Made by a program: the position numbers and the translations under genes. Positions 9,475-16,443 of a DNA stretch of 32,704 nucleotides are shown piece by piece. The notes beneath the pieces were generated by a model, which was not told the origin of the DNA, searched no databases, and saw nothing but the letters and a program-made list of their open reading frames with translations. Source of the stretch: an uncultured archaeon (lineage in GTDB: Archaea; Aenigmatarchaeota; Aenigmatarchaeia; GW2011-AR5; JAHLMP01); contig CAZUUD010000002.1 in the NCBI GenBank assembly GCA_964623045.1, positions 1 to 32,704 on the forward strand. The letters are read 5' to 3'. Each line of letters starts with the position of its first letter. The first letter of the stretch is position 1.

Positions 9475-11199
9475 ATGAAGTTAAGATCACCTATAGTAGC
9501 TACTTTAGGTCACGTCGATCATGGCAAGACAACGCTTCTAGATAGGATTAGGAAGACCAGCGTAGCGAAGCAGGAAGCCGGAGGAATAACTCAGCACGTG
9601 GGTGCAAGTTACATCACACGTTCTACTATCGAAGATATCTGCGGTGATCTACTGAAAGAATTCAACGTAACGTTAACGGTCCCCGGCTTGCTCTTCATAG
9701 ATACCCCGGGTCACGAAGCTTTCGTTACTCTAAGAAAGAGGGGTGGAGCCGTGAGCGATCTAGCCATCTTAGTCATAGACGTAAATCAGGGATTCCAACC
9801 CCAGACCGATGAGAGTTTGGAGATCTTAAGGAGCTATAAAGTACCTTTTCTCATAGCTGCTACGAAGATAGATCTAATTCCAGGTTGGAGGAAGATAGAA
9901 ACTACGAGCTTCTTAGAAAGTTTCTCGAAACAAAGAGAAGATTGTAGGAATATCTTGGAAGAAAAAATATACTCACTTGTCGGTGAACTCTCAAAACGTG
10001 GTTTTGAGAGCGAGCGATTTGATAGAGTAAGAGATTTTACAAGAGAAGTAGCAATAGTACCATGCTCCGGTCTAACTGGTGAGGGAATTGCAGAATTACT
10101 CCTCGTGCTTGCTGGTTTAGCGCAACGCTTCCTTAGCGGAAGACTAAAGCTTCATCCCATTGCGCGAGGAACTATATTAGAAGTTAAGGAAATGAGAGGA
10201 TTTGGAAAAGTAATCGATGTAATACTCTATGACGGTTCATTGAGGAAAGGAGATTGGATAGCGATTGGTGGTGAGACTAGCTTCATTACGAAGATAAGGG
10301 CGCTCCTTCTTCCAAGAGAGCTCCAAGATCTAAGAGTTGAGAAGCGATTTAGACAAGTCAGCGAAGTCCATGCTGCTTGTGGTGTTAGAATAGCTTGTGT
10401 AGATCTTCAAAATCCGATTGCTGGCTCTCCCATCGTTGCCTCGTCTGAGAGAGAAGAAATAGAGAGGTTGGCAAAGGAATTAGAAAGTGAAATTAGCGAA
10501 CTTACTTTTTCGAAAGCTCTAGATGGTGTTGTCATAAAAGCAGATACGCTTGGTAGTCTCGAAGCACTCCTATTCATGTTGGAAAGGAGAGGAATACAAG
10601 TGAAGCGAACTGGGATAGGAGATATCACCAAGCAAGATCTGATTGAAGCCAGCCTAACCAAAGAACCGGAGCTGCGCTGCATTCTCGCATTCAACGTTTC
10701 CGTACCAGATGAGCTAAAGGAGTTAGCTGAGAGGAAGAATGTAAAGATTATAGAGAACAACGTGATCTATAAGCTTCTAGAGGAGTATGATGAGTTCCTT
10801 CAGTCCACAAGAGAAGCTAAGCTAAGAGAGAAACTAGAAACTCTCACTTGGCCTTGCAAGCTACGTGTGTTACCTGGTTATGTCTTCAGAATGAGCAAGC
10901 CAGCAATCTTTGGGGTAGAGATACTGGCTGGTAGACTCAGACCTGGAGTGAAGTTAGTGAATCGTGATGGAAAGGAAATAGGAGAGATCAAAGAGATACA
11001 AAGCGAGGGAACTAACCTGAAAGAGGCGAAAAAAGGTAGCAAAGTAGCTATCTCCGTCATAGGAGCAACTGTAGGAAGAGGATTCAAGGAGGGTGATGAG
11101 CTCTTCGTTCTCGTTCCAGAAAAGGATAAGAATGTTTGGTTGGGAGAACTTCAGAACTTACTCTCAGATGAAGAGCTAGAATTACTTGGTTCAAGGTAA
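9475..11199 (+). CDS. infB: Translation initiation factor aIF5B (IF2-type GTPase)
   Basis: MKLRSPIVATLGHVDHGKTTLLD (G1), DTPGHEAF (G3), TKID (G4). The ATG at 9475 matches the canonical aIF5B N-terminus. A TATA-like tacttaaaattt lies about 30 nt upstream, suggesting a leaderless or near-leaderless mRNA. The GTG at 9466 is the alternative start. Confidence 0.95.
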   Translation: MKLRSPIVATLGHVDHGKTTLLDRIRKTSVAKQEAGGITQHVGASYITRSTIEDICGDLLKEFNVTLTVPGLLFIDTPGHEAFVTLRKRGGAVSDLAILVIDVNQGFQPQTDESLEILRSYKVPFLIAATKIDLIPGWRKIETTSFLESFSKQREDCRNILEEKIYSLVGELSKRGFESERFDRVRDFTREVAIVPCSGLTGEGIAELLLVLAGLAQRFLSGRLKLHPIARGTILEVKEMRGFGKVIDVILYDGSLRKGDWIAIGGETSFITKIRALLLPRELQDLRVEKRFRQVSEVHAACGVRIACVDLQNPIAGSPIVASSEREEIERLAKELESEISELTFSKALDGVVIKADTLGSLEALLFMLERRGIQVKRTGIGDITKQDLIEASLTKEPELRCILAFNVSVPDELKELAERKNVKIIENNVIYKLLEEYDEFLQSTREAKLREKLETLTWPCKLRVLPGYVFRMSKPAIFGVEILAGRLRPGVKLVNRDGKEIGEIKEIQSEGTNLKEAKKGSKVAISVIGATVGRGFKEGDELFVLVPEKDKNVWLGELQNLLSDEELELLGSR

Positions 11200-11490
11200 G
11201 TATCCCACGATCCTTCTTCGTTTGATCTTAACTCCACTTAGCTTTTCGATCCGTGCTTCGATTTCTCGCTTCGTTTCTATGTAGTTTCTTCTGAGTTTCA
11301 GTTCCACGATCGCAAAGAAAAACAACATGGCATAACTAGATGCCATCACAATAGGAGAGAAGAACATGAGTCCAAAATAAAATACTATAGCACACGCAAC
11401 GAAACAAATATGAATAGCTAGAGATTGGGCGGCAAACTCGCTAACTAACGCTTGACGCTCCGCTAAAAGAGTCTCTAGCTTTCGCTCCAT
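11191..11490 (-). CDS. Small membrane protein: two-TM hairpin flanked by charged helices (hypothetical)
   Basis: 99 aa, with a GGTG SD 3 nt before the ATG and only 10 nt downstream of the PRC-barrel gene stop. The central hydrophobic stretch (IHICFVACAIVFYFGLMFFSPIVMASSYAMLFFFAIV) lies between charged helices. I recognise no family. Confidence 0.55.
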   Translation of the reverse strand: MERKLETLLAERQALVSEFAAQSLAIHICFVACAIVFYFGLMFFSPIVMASSYAMLFFFAIVELKLRRNYIETKREIEARIEKLSGVKIKRRRIVGYLP

Positions 11491-11500
11491 TTACACCGCT

Positions 11501-11776
11501 CTATTCCGTTGAAATCTCTTCACTCAGGGTAGGAGAGAAAGATCTTATTATCACGACGTCTCCGATGCTCTCAACAAGATGATAAGGAACTATGACGCCG
11601 CGTTTGTTTCCAACAATGCTTGCCAAATAGGATCCTCGCACAACATCGATCACTATGCCCTTCACTCTGAACTTTTCTATGTCGAGTTCTAAATCGGTAA
11701 CCTTACCACAATAGAGTCCCTTATCTGTAAACACGTCCTTTCCGACGAGCTCATTGAAACTCTCTACCGTCACCAC
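11501..11776 (-). CDS. PRC-barrel domain protein
   Basis: 91 aa. The pattern LVGKDVFTDKGLYCGKVTDLELDIEKFRVKGIVI...VPYHLVESIGDVVII is typical of stand-alone archaeal PRC-barrel proteins. GTG start with an AAGGTGA SD at 6-nt spacing. Confidence 0.8.
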   Translation of the reverse strand: MVTVESFNELVGKDVFTDKGLYCGKVTDLELDIEKFRVKGIVIDVVRGSYLASIVGNKRGVIVPYHLVESIGDVVIIRSFSPTLSEEISTE

Positions 11777-11862
11777 TTGGCTTCACCTTATTTTAGGATT
11801 TCTCACAGAGTTTAAATAACTTCTCTTAAGTTTTCTTGCAAAATAGTCATAAGGGCGATGAA

Positions 11863-11879
11863 CAGACTGTCCCAGTCTG
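11863..11879 (-). terminator. Perfect 7-bp hairpin just downstream of the HTH gene stop
   Basis: cagactg-tcc-cagtctg, 23 nt after the stop at 11902, followed on the transcribed strand by a short T-run (tatttt). Archaeal terminators are mainly T-tracts, so any termination function is uncertain. Confidence 0.3.
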
Positions 11880-11901
11880 AAAGTGATGAAGAAAGGGATA
11901 G

Positions 11902-12306
11902 CTAGCGAGCCCCACTTTTCAAATAAGCTTCTACTTTTCGTTTGAGTTCTTCTTCTTGACCAGGGAGGTAATACCAGAGGAAAGCTCCTTTTACCTTCCT
12001 AGAAAGTTTAGCGCGTTTTATTTCAAAACCACGTTGCTTGGCTAAATGAAATAATTCGCTATGTTTTGGAAATACTTGCCTCAACTCACCTATTGGTACA
12101 GGTCCTTTGTCTCTAATATAAGTAAGGAATTCCTCTACCTTGCTCGGTTTTGGTTTTCTCGTACATTTATACCACGCATATGCACACGAATAAGATATAC
12201 CTAGCAGTTCGGCGACTTCCTTTATACTCCTACCCATTTCAAAAAGCCTCATAGCTTTTTGATAGATTTGAGAATAGAACTCTTTGGTCTTTCGTAGCTT
12301 TGTCAT
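11902..12306 (-). CDS. Helix-turn-helix / winged-helix DNA-binding protein (hypothetical regulator)
   Basis: 134 aa. N-terminal HTH (GRSIKEVAELLGISYSCAYAWYK) and a second wHTH-like segment (FLTYIRDKGPVPIGELRQVF). The ATG sits 1 nt after the acs TAG stop. Confidence 0.6.
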   Translation of the reverse strand: MTKLRKTKEFYSQIYQKAMRLFEMGRSIKEVAELLGISYSCAYAWYKCTRKPKPSKVEEFLTYIRDKGPVPIGELRQVFPKHSELFHLAKQRGFEIKRAKLSRKVKGAFLWYYLPGQEEELKRKVEAYLKSGAR

Positions 12307-12307
12307 A

Positions 12308-14236
12308 CTAGCTCACGCGCTTGATGACACGTCTTATCTCTTCTAGGCTTTCGGGATTGAGCAATGTAGAAGTATCTCCTAGCTCCTCGTTATGGAGAAC
12401 TCTCCTTATCAATCTACGCATTATCTTCCCACTTCTAGTATGGGGAAGTGAATTAACGAAGTATATTGCCGCCGGTTTTGCAATTTTGCTTATCTTCTTC
12501 TCCACTAGCTTTATCAATTCGCTTGACGTGGCTTTCGCGCCATGCTTCAAAACGACGAAAGCTACTGGAACTTCTCCTTTAATCTCGTGTCTCATACCAA
12601 CTACGCAACATTCAGCAACTGCTGGATGGGAAGCTATGGCGTTTTCTAGCTCTGCGGTAGATAAGCGATGACCAGCTACCTTCATTACATCGTCGCTTCT
12701 CCCTAGTATCTTTATCAAATTTCCGCTAAGTCTCACAGCCCTATCATTCGTGAGGTAAGCGTTAGGAAATCTAGACCAGTAAGTTTTCACGTATCCAGCC
12801 TCATCTCTCCATAACCCTCTTAGCATGCCAGGAGCGAAGGGTGAAAGAGCAACTAGTTCCCCATCCTCACCTGGCTTCGCGTGTTTTCCATCGGCTCTAA
12901 GCACTCCCCACCTCGTTCCAGGGAATGGTAAGCCGGCAACCGTTGGAACGAAGGGACCCACGCCAGGCAACGTGTTTATTAAGGTTCCTCCTGTTTCCGT
13001 TTGCCACCAAGTATCGATGATCGGGCATCGAGATTTGCCAACTAGCCTGAAATACCATTTCCATGTTTTCTCGTCTATTGGCTCGCCAACACTCGCTAGG
13101 ATTCGCAGAGTTTCGAGCTCGTACTTTTTCACGTGCTCTTCTCCATAGCGCATGAGCATTCTGATCAACGTTGGTGCTGTGTAAAAAATCGTAACGTTGT
13201 ACTTTTCTATTATCTGCCAAATTCGCTCACAATTAGGATAATCAGGAGCCCCTTCATAGATAACAAAACTCGCCCCATTGGCTAGAGGGCCGTAACAAGA
13301 ATAGGTGTGACCTGTTATCCATCCTATATCTGCAGTGCTAAAGAAGACATCAAAGTCATGCAAATCGAAGACTAATTTAGCGGTGGCATAGGCTTGAACT
13401 AAATAGCCACCAGTAGAATGCATGGCTATTTCTGGCTTACCTGCTGAGCCACTCTCGTGTAGGATAAAAAGCAAATCCTCGCTTTGCATCCTAGCTGGCT
13501 CACAGTACTTGCCTTTTACCTCTTTGCTTAGCTCGTTGAAAGCTATCTCATTTCTCTTGAGTTCCTCTTGGATTTTTCCTTTCCTTGGAACAACGAGAAC
13601 CTTTTTCACTTTCGTTCCCTTTATTCCCTCTCTTGCGTTTGAAAGCAAATCAATTACCTTCCCCCTTCGATAGTAGTGATCGCAAGTTATCAACAATTTA
13701 GCGTCAGCATCTAAAATTCTGGTTCGCAAGGCCTCGCTTGAAAAAGCGCTAAATACAACACAGTGAATAGCTCCGATGCGAGCACAAGCTAGCATGGCAA
13801 CTATGACTTCCGGTATCATCGGCATGTAGATCACTACCCTATCACCTCTCCGTATGCCCAGCAACTTCAGAACTTGGGCAAACTCGTTAACTTCACGGAA
13901 GAGTTCAGCGTAAGTTAACTTTCTCTCCCTTTCCTCTAGATTTTCGGGCTCCCAGTAAATAGCTACCTTGTTAGGTTGTGTAGTGAGATAGCGGTCTATG
14001 CAGTTAAAGCAAGCGTTTAACTCACCGCCTATGAACCACTTGAAGTAGGGAAGCTTCTCCTGATAGATCTTTCTCCATTTTTTGAACCAAGCTAGTTCTT
14101 CTGCAAATCTGCACCAAAAGGCGAAGGGATCTCTAGCTGCATCTTTATATATTCGCTCCGAAGCTACCCAAGCTATTTCCTTCAGCTCCTTTGACGGAAA
14201 GAATTTCTTTCCCTTCTTTACAACGTACTCTTCCAT
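12308..14236 (-). CDS. acs: Acetyl-CoA synthetase (AMP-forming)
   Basis: Full-length similarity to ACS, with motifs including HESGSAGKPE, YGPL, WWQTETGG, the adenylation-domain linker LGRSDDVMKVAGHRLSTAELE and a terminal SGKIMRR. The ORF-track start at 14281 is TTG; the ATG at 14236 (MEEYVVKKG) is preferred. Confidence 0.9.
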   Translation of the reverse strand: MEEYVVKKGKKFFPSKELKEIAWVASERIYKDAARDPFAFWCRFAEELAWFKKWRKIYQEKLPYFKWFIGGELNACFNCIDRYLTTQPNKVAIYWEPENLEERERKLTYAELFREVNEFAQVLKLLGIRRGDRVVIYMPMIPEVIVAMLACARIGAIHCVVFSAFSSEALRTRILDADAKLLITCDHYYRRGKVIDLLSNAREGIKGTKVKKVLVVPRKGKIQEELKRNEIAFNELSKEVKGKYCEPARMQSEDLLFILHESGSAGKPEIAMHSTGGYLVQAYATAKLVFDLHDFDVFFSTADIGWITGHTYSCYGPLANGASFVIYEGAPDYPNCERIWQIIEKYNVTIFYTAPTLIRMLMRYGEEHVKKYELETLRILASVGEPIDEKTWKWYFRLVGKSRCPIIDTWWQTETGGTLINTLPGVGPFVPTVAGLPFPGTRWGVLRADGKHAKPGEDGELVALSPFAPGMLRGLWRDEAGYVKTYWSRFPNAYLTNDRAVRLSGNLIKILGRSDDVMKVAGHRLSTAELENAIASHPAVAECCVVGMRHEIKGEVPVAFVVLKHGAKATSSELIKLVEKKISKIAKPAAIYFVNSLPHTRSGKIMRRLIRRVLHNEELGDTSTLLNPESLEEIRRVIKRVS

Positions 14237-14302
14237 TAAGAAAACTAGTTTGGGGTTAACTAAATAGCTTTCTCTTATCAACCGTTAAGTTAACAGAATC
14301 TC

Positions 14303-14833
14303 TCATCTCAAAGGAGGAACTTCATAATCTACGAAACAGAGGGCCACGACAGCGGTACCAAACTTCTTCCTTGGTACTATACTCCTTATCACGGGTTTGA
14401 CATTTTTGAGTTCATACCTATTTGGATCGAACCTAGATTCGAACATCTCCTTTAGACTTTGTTGTAGTATCTTTCTCGCCTCCTCTTCTTCGACTTTTCC
14501 ATGATACTCTGCGACGAGGCCTCCTAGCTTCTTTCCACTTTCCTTATCAAAGACCCATCCTAAGATGAGGCCCGCACATGCCCTCTCTCCTTGCTTCGCA
14601 TGAGAAATCGCAGCTATGCACTCTAACACACACCCAAAATCTAGGCTTACTTCGTCTCGATTGATTTCTTCAGCGTCCTTCGGAAGGATCGAAGTGTAGA
14701 ATATGAGATTACAGTTCTCTATACCAGCCTCTTTAAGTGCGTGATCTAAAGAACCTGCATGAATTTGAGTATCACTTTCTCCCACACCGCTAGTGATGAA
14801 ATACCTCCTTGGAATCCTAGGACCTACTAGCAT
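14303..14833 (-). CDS. pdaD: Pyruvoyl-dependent arginine decarboxylase
   Basis: PdaD/AaxB family. It has SGVGESD, the self-cleavage site context NLIFYTSILP (Thr-Ser) and the C-terminal GTAVVALCF. The ATG at 14833 avoids overlap with rpl2; the ORF-track start at 14887 is TTG. Confidence 0.88.
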   Translation of the reverse strand: MLVGPRIPRRYFITSGVGESDTQIHAGSLDHALKEAGIENCNLIFYTSILPKDAEEINRDEVSLDFGCVLECIAAISHAKQGERACAGLILGWVFDKESGKKLGGLVAEYHGKVEEEEARKILQQSLKEMFESRFDPNRYELKNVKPVIRSIVPRKKFGTAVVALCFVDYEVPPLR

Positions 14834-14846
14834 CTCCGTCGCCCGA

Positions 14847-15551
14847 TTACTTCTTCTTACCACTTCGTCTAGCAGAAATACTTCCAACCTTCGCTCCAGG
14901 TGGAAGTCTCCTAGATCTTGTCTTGGGTCTACCTACTCTTCTCGATTTTCCACCAAAGGGATGATCCACCGGGTTCTTTGCGCCAGCCGATACTATTGGC
15001 CAATACCTGCCTTTAGCACGCATAGCATGGTACTTAGCACCAGCTTTAAGAAAAGGTTTACTTCTGAAACCTGCACCCGCAACTACACCTATAGTTGCCC
15101 GACATTTCGAGGGAAGGGCCTTGATCACTTTCGATGGCAACATGATCAGCGTTTTACCTTTCTCATGTGCCATCACAATTGCACTCGTACCTGGGGTTCT
15201 GCAAAGCTTACCCCCATCGAACGGTCTAAGCTCTATATTACATACTTGGACTCCCTCTGGTATGGACCCTAGTTCAAGAACATTACCTATCTTTACTTCT
15301 CCTTTACCTAGCTCTACTTTATCTCCTGTTTTAAGACCGCTCACGGCAAGTAAGTACTCGCGTTTACCAGTCTCAGTTTCCACTACAGCAACTGGTGCGT
15401 ACCTAGCAGGATCGTGCACTATATCTACCACCTTTCCGGTGAGTGGTTCTGTGAATGTGTATCGTGCCTCGCAAAGAAACCTATGACTAGGTGCTAGGTA
15501 AGTCTTGCTCTTTCCAGCGCCTCTTCTTTGCTGTCTGAGCCTCTTTGGCAT
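14847..15551 (-). CDS. rpl2: 50S ribosomal protein L2 (uL2)
   Basis: 234 aa with the conserved GAKYHAMRAKGRYWPIVSAGAKNPVDHPFGGK and an RRGAGKSK N-terminus. Confidence 0.97.
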   Translation of the reverse strand: MPKRLRQQRRGAGKSKTYLAPSHRFLCEARYTFTEPLTGKVVDIVHDPARYAPVAVVETETGKREYLLAVSGLKTGDKVELGKGEVKIGNVLELGSIPEGVQVCNIELRPFDGGKLCRTPGTSAIVMAHEKGKTLIMLPSKVIKALPSKCRATIGVVAGAGFRSKPFLKAGAKYHAMRAKGRYWPIVSAGAKNPVDHPFGGKSRRVGRPKTRSRRLPPGAKVGSISARRSGKKK

Positions 15552-15560
15552 GAAATCCCC

Positions 15561-15574
15561 TTACAAGAGTTCTT
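15561..15574. repeat. 14-nt exact direct repeat, copy 1 (TTACAAGAGTTCTT)
   Basis: Identical 14-mer at 15561-15574 and 15735-15748 within one 308-nt intergenic spacer. Copy 1 lies 10-23 nt upstream of the rpl2 ATG. Confidence 0.85.
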
Positions 15575-15585
15575 CACTATTGACA

Positions 15586-15593
15586 TTTTTAAG
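15586..15593 (-). promoter_or_regulatory. TATA-box candidate for rpl2
   Basis: Minus-strand CTTAAAAA, 35-42 nt upstream of the rpl2 ATG. rpl2 needs its own promoter because tfs on the opposite strand separates it from rpl23. Confidence 0.35.
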
Positions 15594-15734
15594 AGATCTT
15601 TCGACTATTGCAAACCGGTGGGGGTAAGCTTTTTATTGTTTTTCTAGCAACAGACTTTCTGAGCAATATGGATCAACGTTTCCAGTGCTGTGTTTCTGAG
15701 TTCTCCTTTCCTAATGTTAGTTGTATCTATGTAG

Positions 15735-15748
15735 TTACAAGAGTTCTT
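15735..15748. repeat. 14-nt exact direct repeat, copy 2 (TTACAAGAGTTCTT)
   Basis: Second copy, 174 nt from copy 1 in the same spacer. The flanks show no extended similarity. Confidence 0.85.
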
Positions 15749-15859
15749 AAGTGCTGATTTGGGGATGATTCCCAACTTCTTTGGGATGACCCGGGGCCGG
15801 TTCTTTTCGTGGTACGAAAAGTTTGTGATCAACACATCAATCTCGGATTGGTGTTGAGG

Positions 15860-16168
15860 ATGGAGATATGTGATAAATGTGGTAATGTGATGCTCCCCGT
15901 AAGGGGTAAGAACGGCACATTTTACAAATGTCCTACTTGTGGGTCGAGAAAGTATAAGGGAAATTCTGTGACTAAATTCACTACCCCCATCAAGAGCAAA
16001 AGGTTGGATGTAATAGAGAAGGAAGAGGTCTTGCTTCCTAAAGTGGAGAAGATATGTCCTTACTGTGGATTCAAGACAGCTTGGTTCTGGATCCAGCAAA
16101 GCGACGAGGAAACTTTAGTACAGTTCTTCCGATGTATGCGTTGTAAGAAAGTATGGAGGGAAGAATAG
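15860..16168 (+). CDS. tfs: Transcription factor S (TFIIS/RpoM-type cleavage factor)
   Basis: 102 aa from the ATG at 15860 (MEICDKCGNVM). N-terminal Zn ribbon CDKCG...CPTCG and C-terminal Zn ribbon CPYCG...FWIQQSDEE...FFRCMRCKKVWRE with a DE acidic pair. The ORF-track GTG at 15809 adds 17 non-conserved residues. Confidence 0.85.
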   Translation: MEICDKCGNVMLPVRGKNGTFYKCPTCGSRKYKGNSVTKFTTPIKSKRLDVIEKEEVLLPKVEKICPYCGFKTAWFWIQQSDEETLVQFFRCMRCKKVWREE

Positions 16169-16182
16169 GGTATGAAGTTGGT

Positions 16183-16443
16183 TCAGAGTATTCCGAGTCT
16201 CATCGCCACCTCAGCAGCACTAAACTCTGATTTTAATCTAACATATGCCTTCTTGTAGCCCTTACTGGTGATGAGAGTTCTCACCTTTGCTACCTTAACC
16301 CCAAATGCCTTCTCCACAGCTCGTTTTATCTCTGGTTTGGTAGCATCCTTCCTAACCACGAATACGAGCGTATTCTCCTTCTCTATTAATCTAGTCGATT
16401 TCTCGCTGATATGAGGGTGAAGTATTATCTCCCATGGATTCAT
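16183..16443 (-). CDS. rpl23: 50S ribosomal protein L23 (uL23)
   Basis: MNPWEIILHPHISEKS...FVVRKDATKPEIKRAVEKAFGVKVAKVRT. The ATG at 16443 overlaps the TGA of the upstream Toprim ORF (ATGA), with an AGGTGGAG SD 4 nt upstream. The ORF-track start at 16452 is GTG. Confidence 0.93.
   Translation of the reverse strand: MNPWEIILHPHISEKSTRLIEKENTLVFVVRKDATKPEIKRAVEKAFGVKVAKVRTLITSKGYKKAYVRLKSEFSAAEVAMRLGIL

Noticed and set aside
11855-11889. C/D-box-like motifs (gcGATGA ... CTGA aa GTGATGA) downstream of the HTH gene.
   Set aside because: The first box deviates from RUGAUGA, and the guide spacing is 15 nt rather than about 12. No terminal D box (CUGA) follows; the sequence runs into the HTH coding region. 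The CTGA is better explained as part of the 7-bp hairpin.
12321-14267. ORFs on both strands inside acs (12321-12671, 12825-13148, 12897-13220, 13422-13673, 14082-14267).
   Set aside because: They are embedded in, or out of frame with, a full-length and well-conserved ACS gene, and they carry no independent signals.
15668-15757. A 29-aa Cys-rich plus-strand micro-ORF (MDQRFQCCVSEFSFPNVSCIYVVTRVLKC) in the 308-nt spacer.
   Set aside because: It has no SD or promoter-like element at the right distance and no repeat or periodicity support. It is indistinguishable from a chance ORF.
15753-15790. Possible C/D or K-turn sRNA (CTGA, GGGATGATT, GGGATGACC) upstream of tfs.
   Set aside because: The box order and spacing do not fit the C-D'-C'-D architecture, and there are no terminal pairing stems. 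It is kept only as part of the unexplained-spacer finding.
15644-16099. A 151-aa minus-strand ORF spanning the rpl2-rpl23 gap.
   Set aside because: Most of it is antisense to the clearly recognisable tfs gene. Its composition looks random, it has no SD, and it has no recognisable motifs. I treat it as a shadow ORF.
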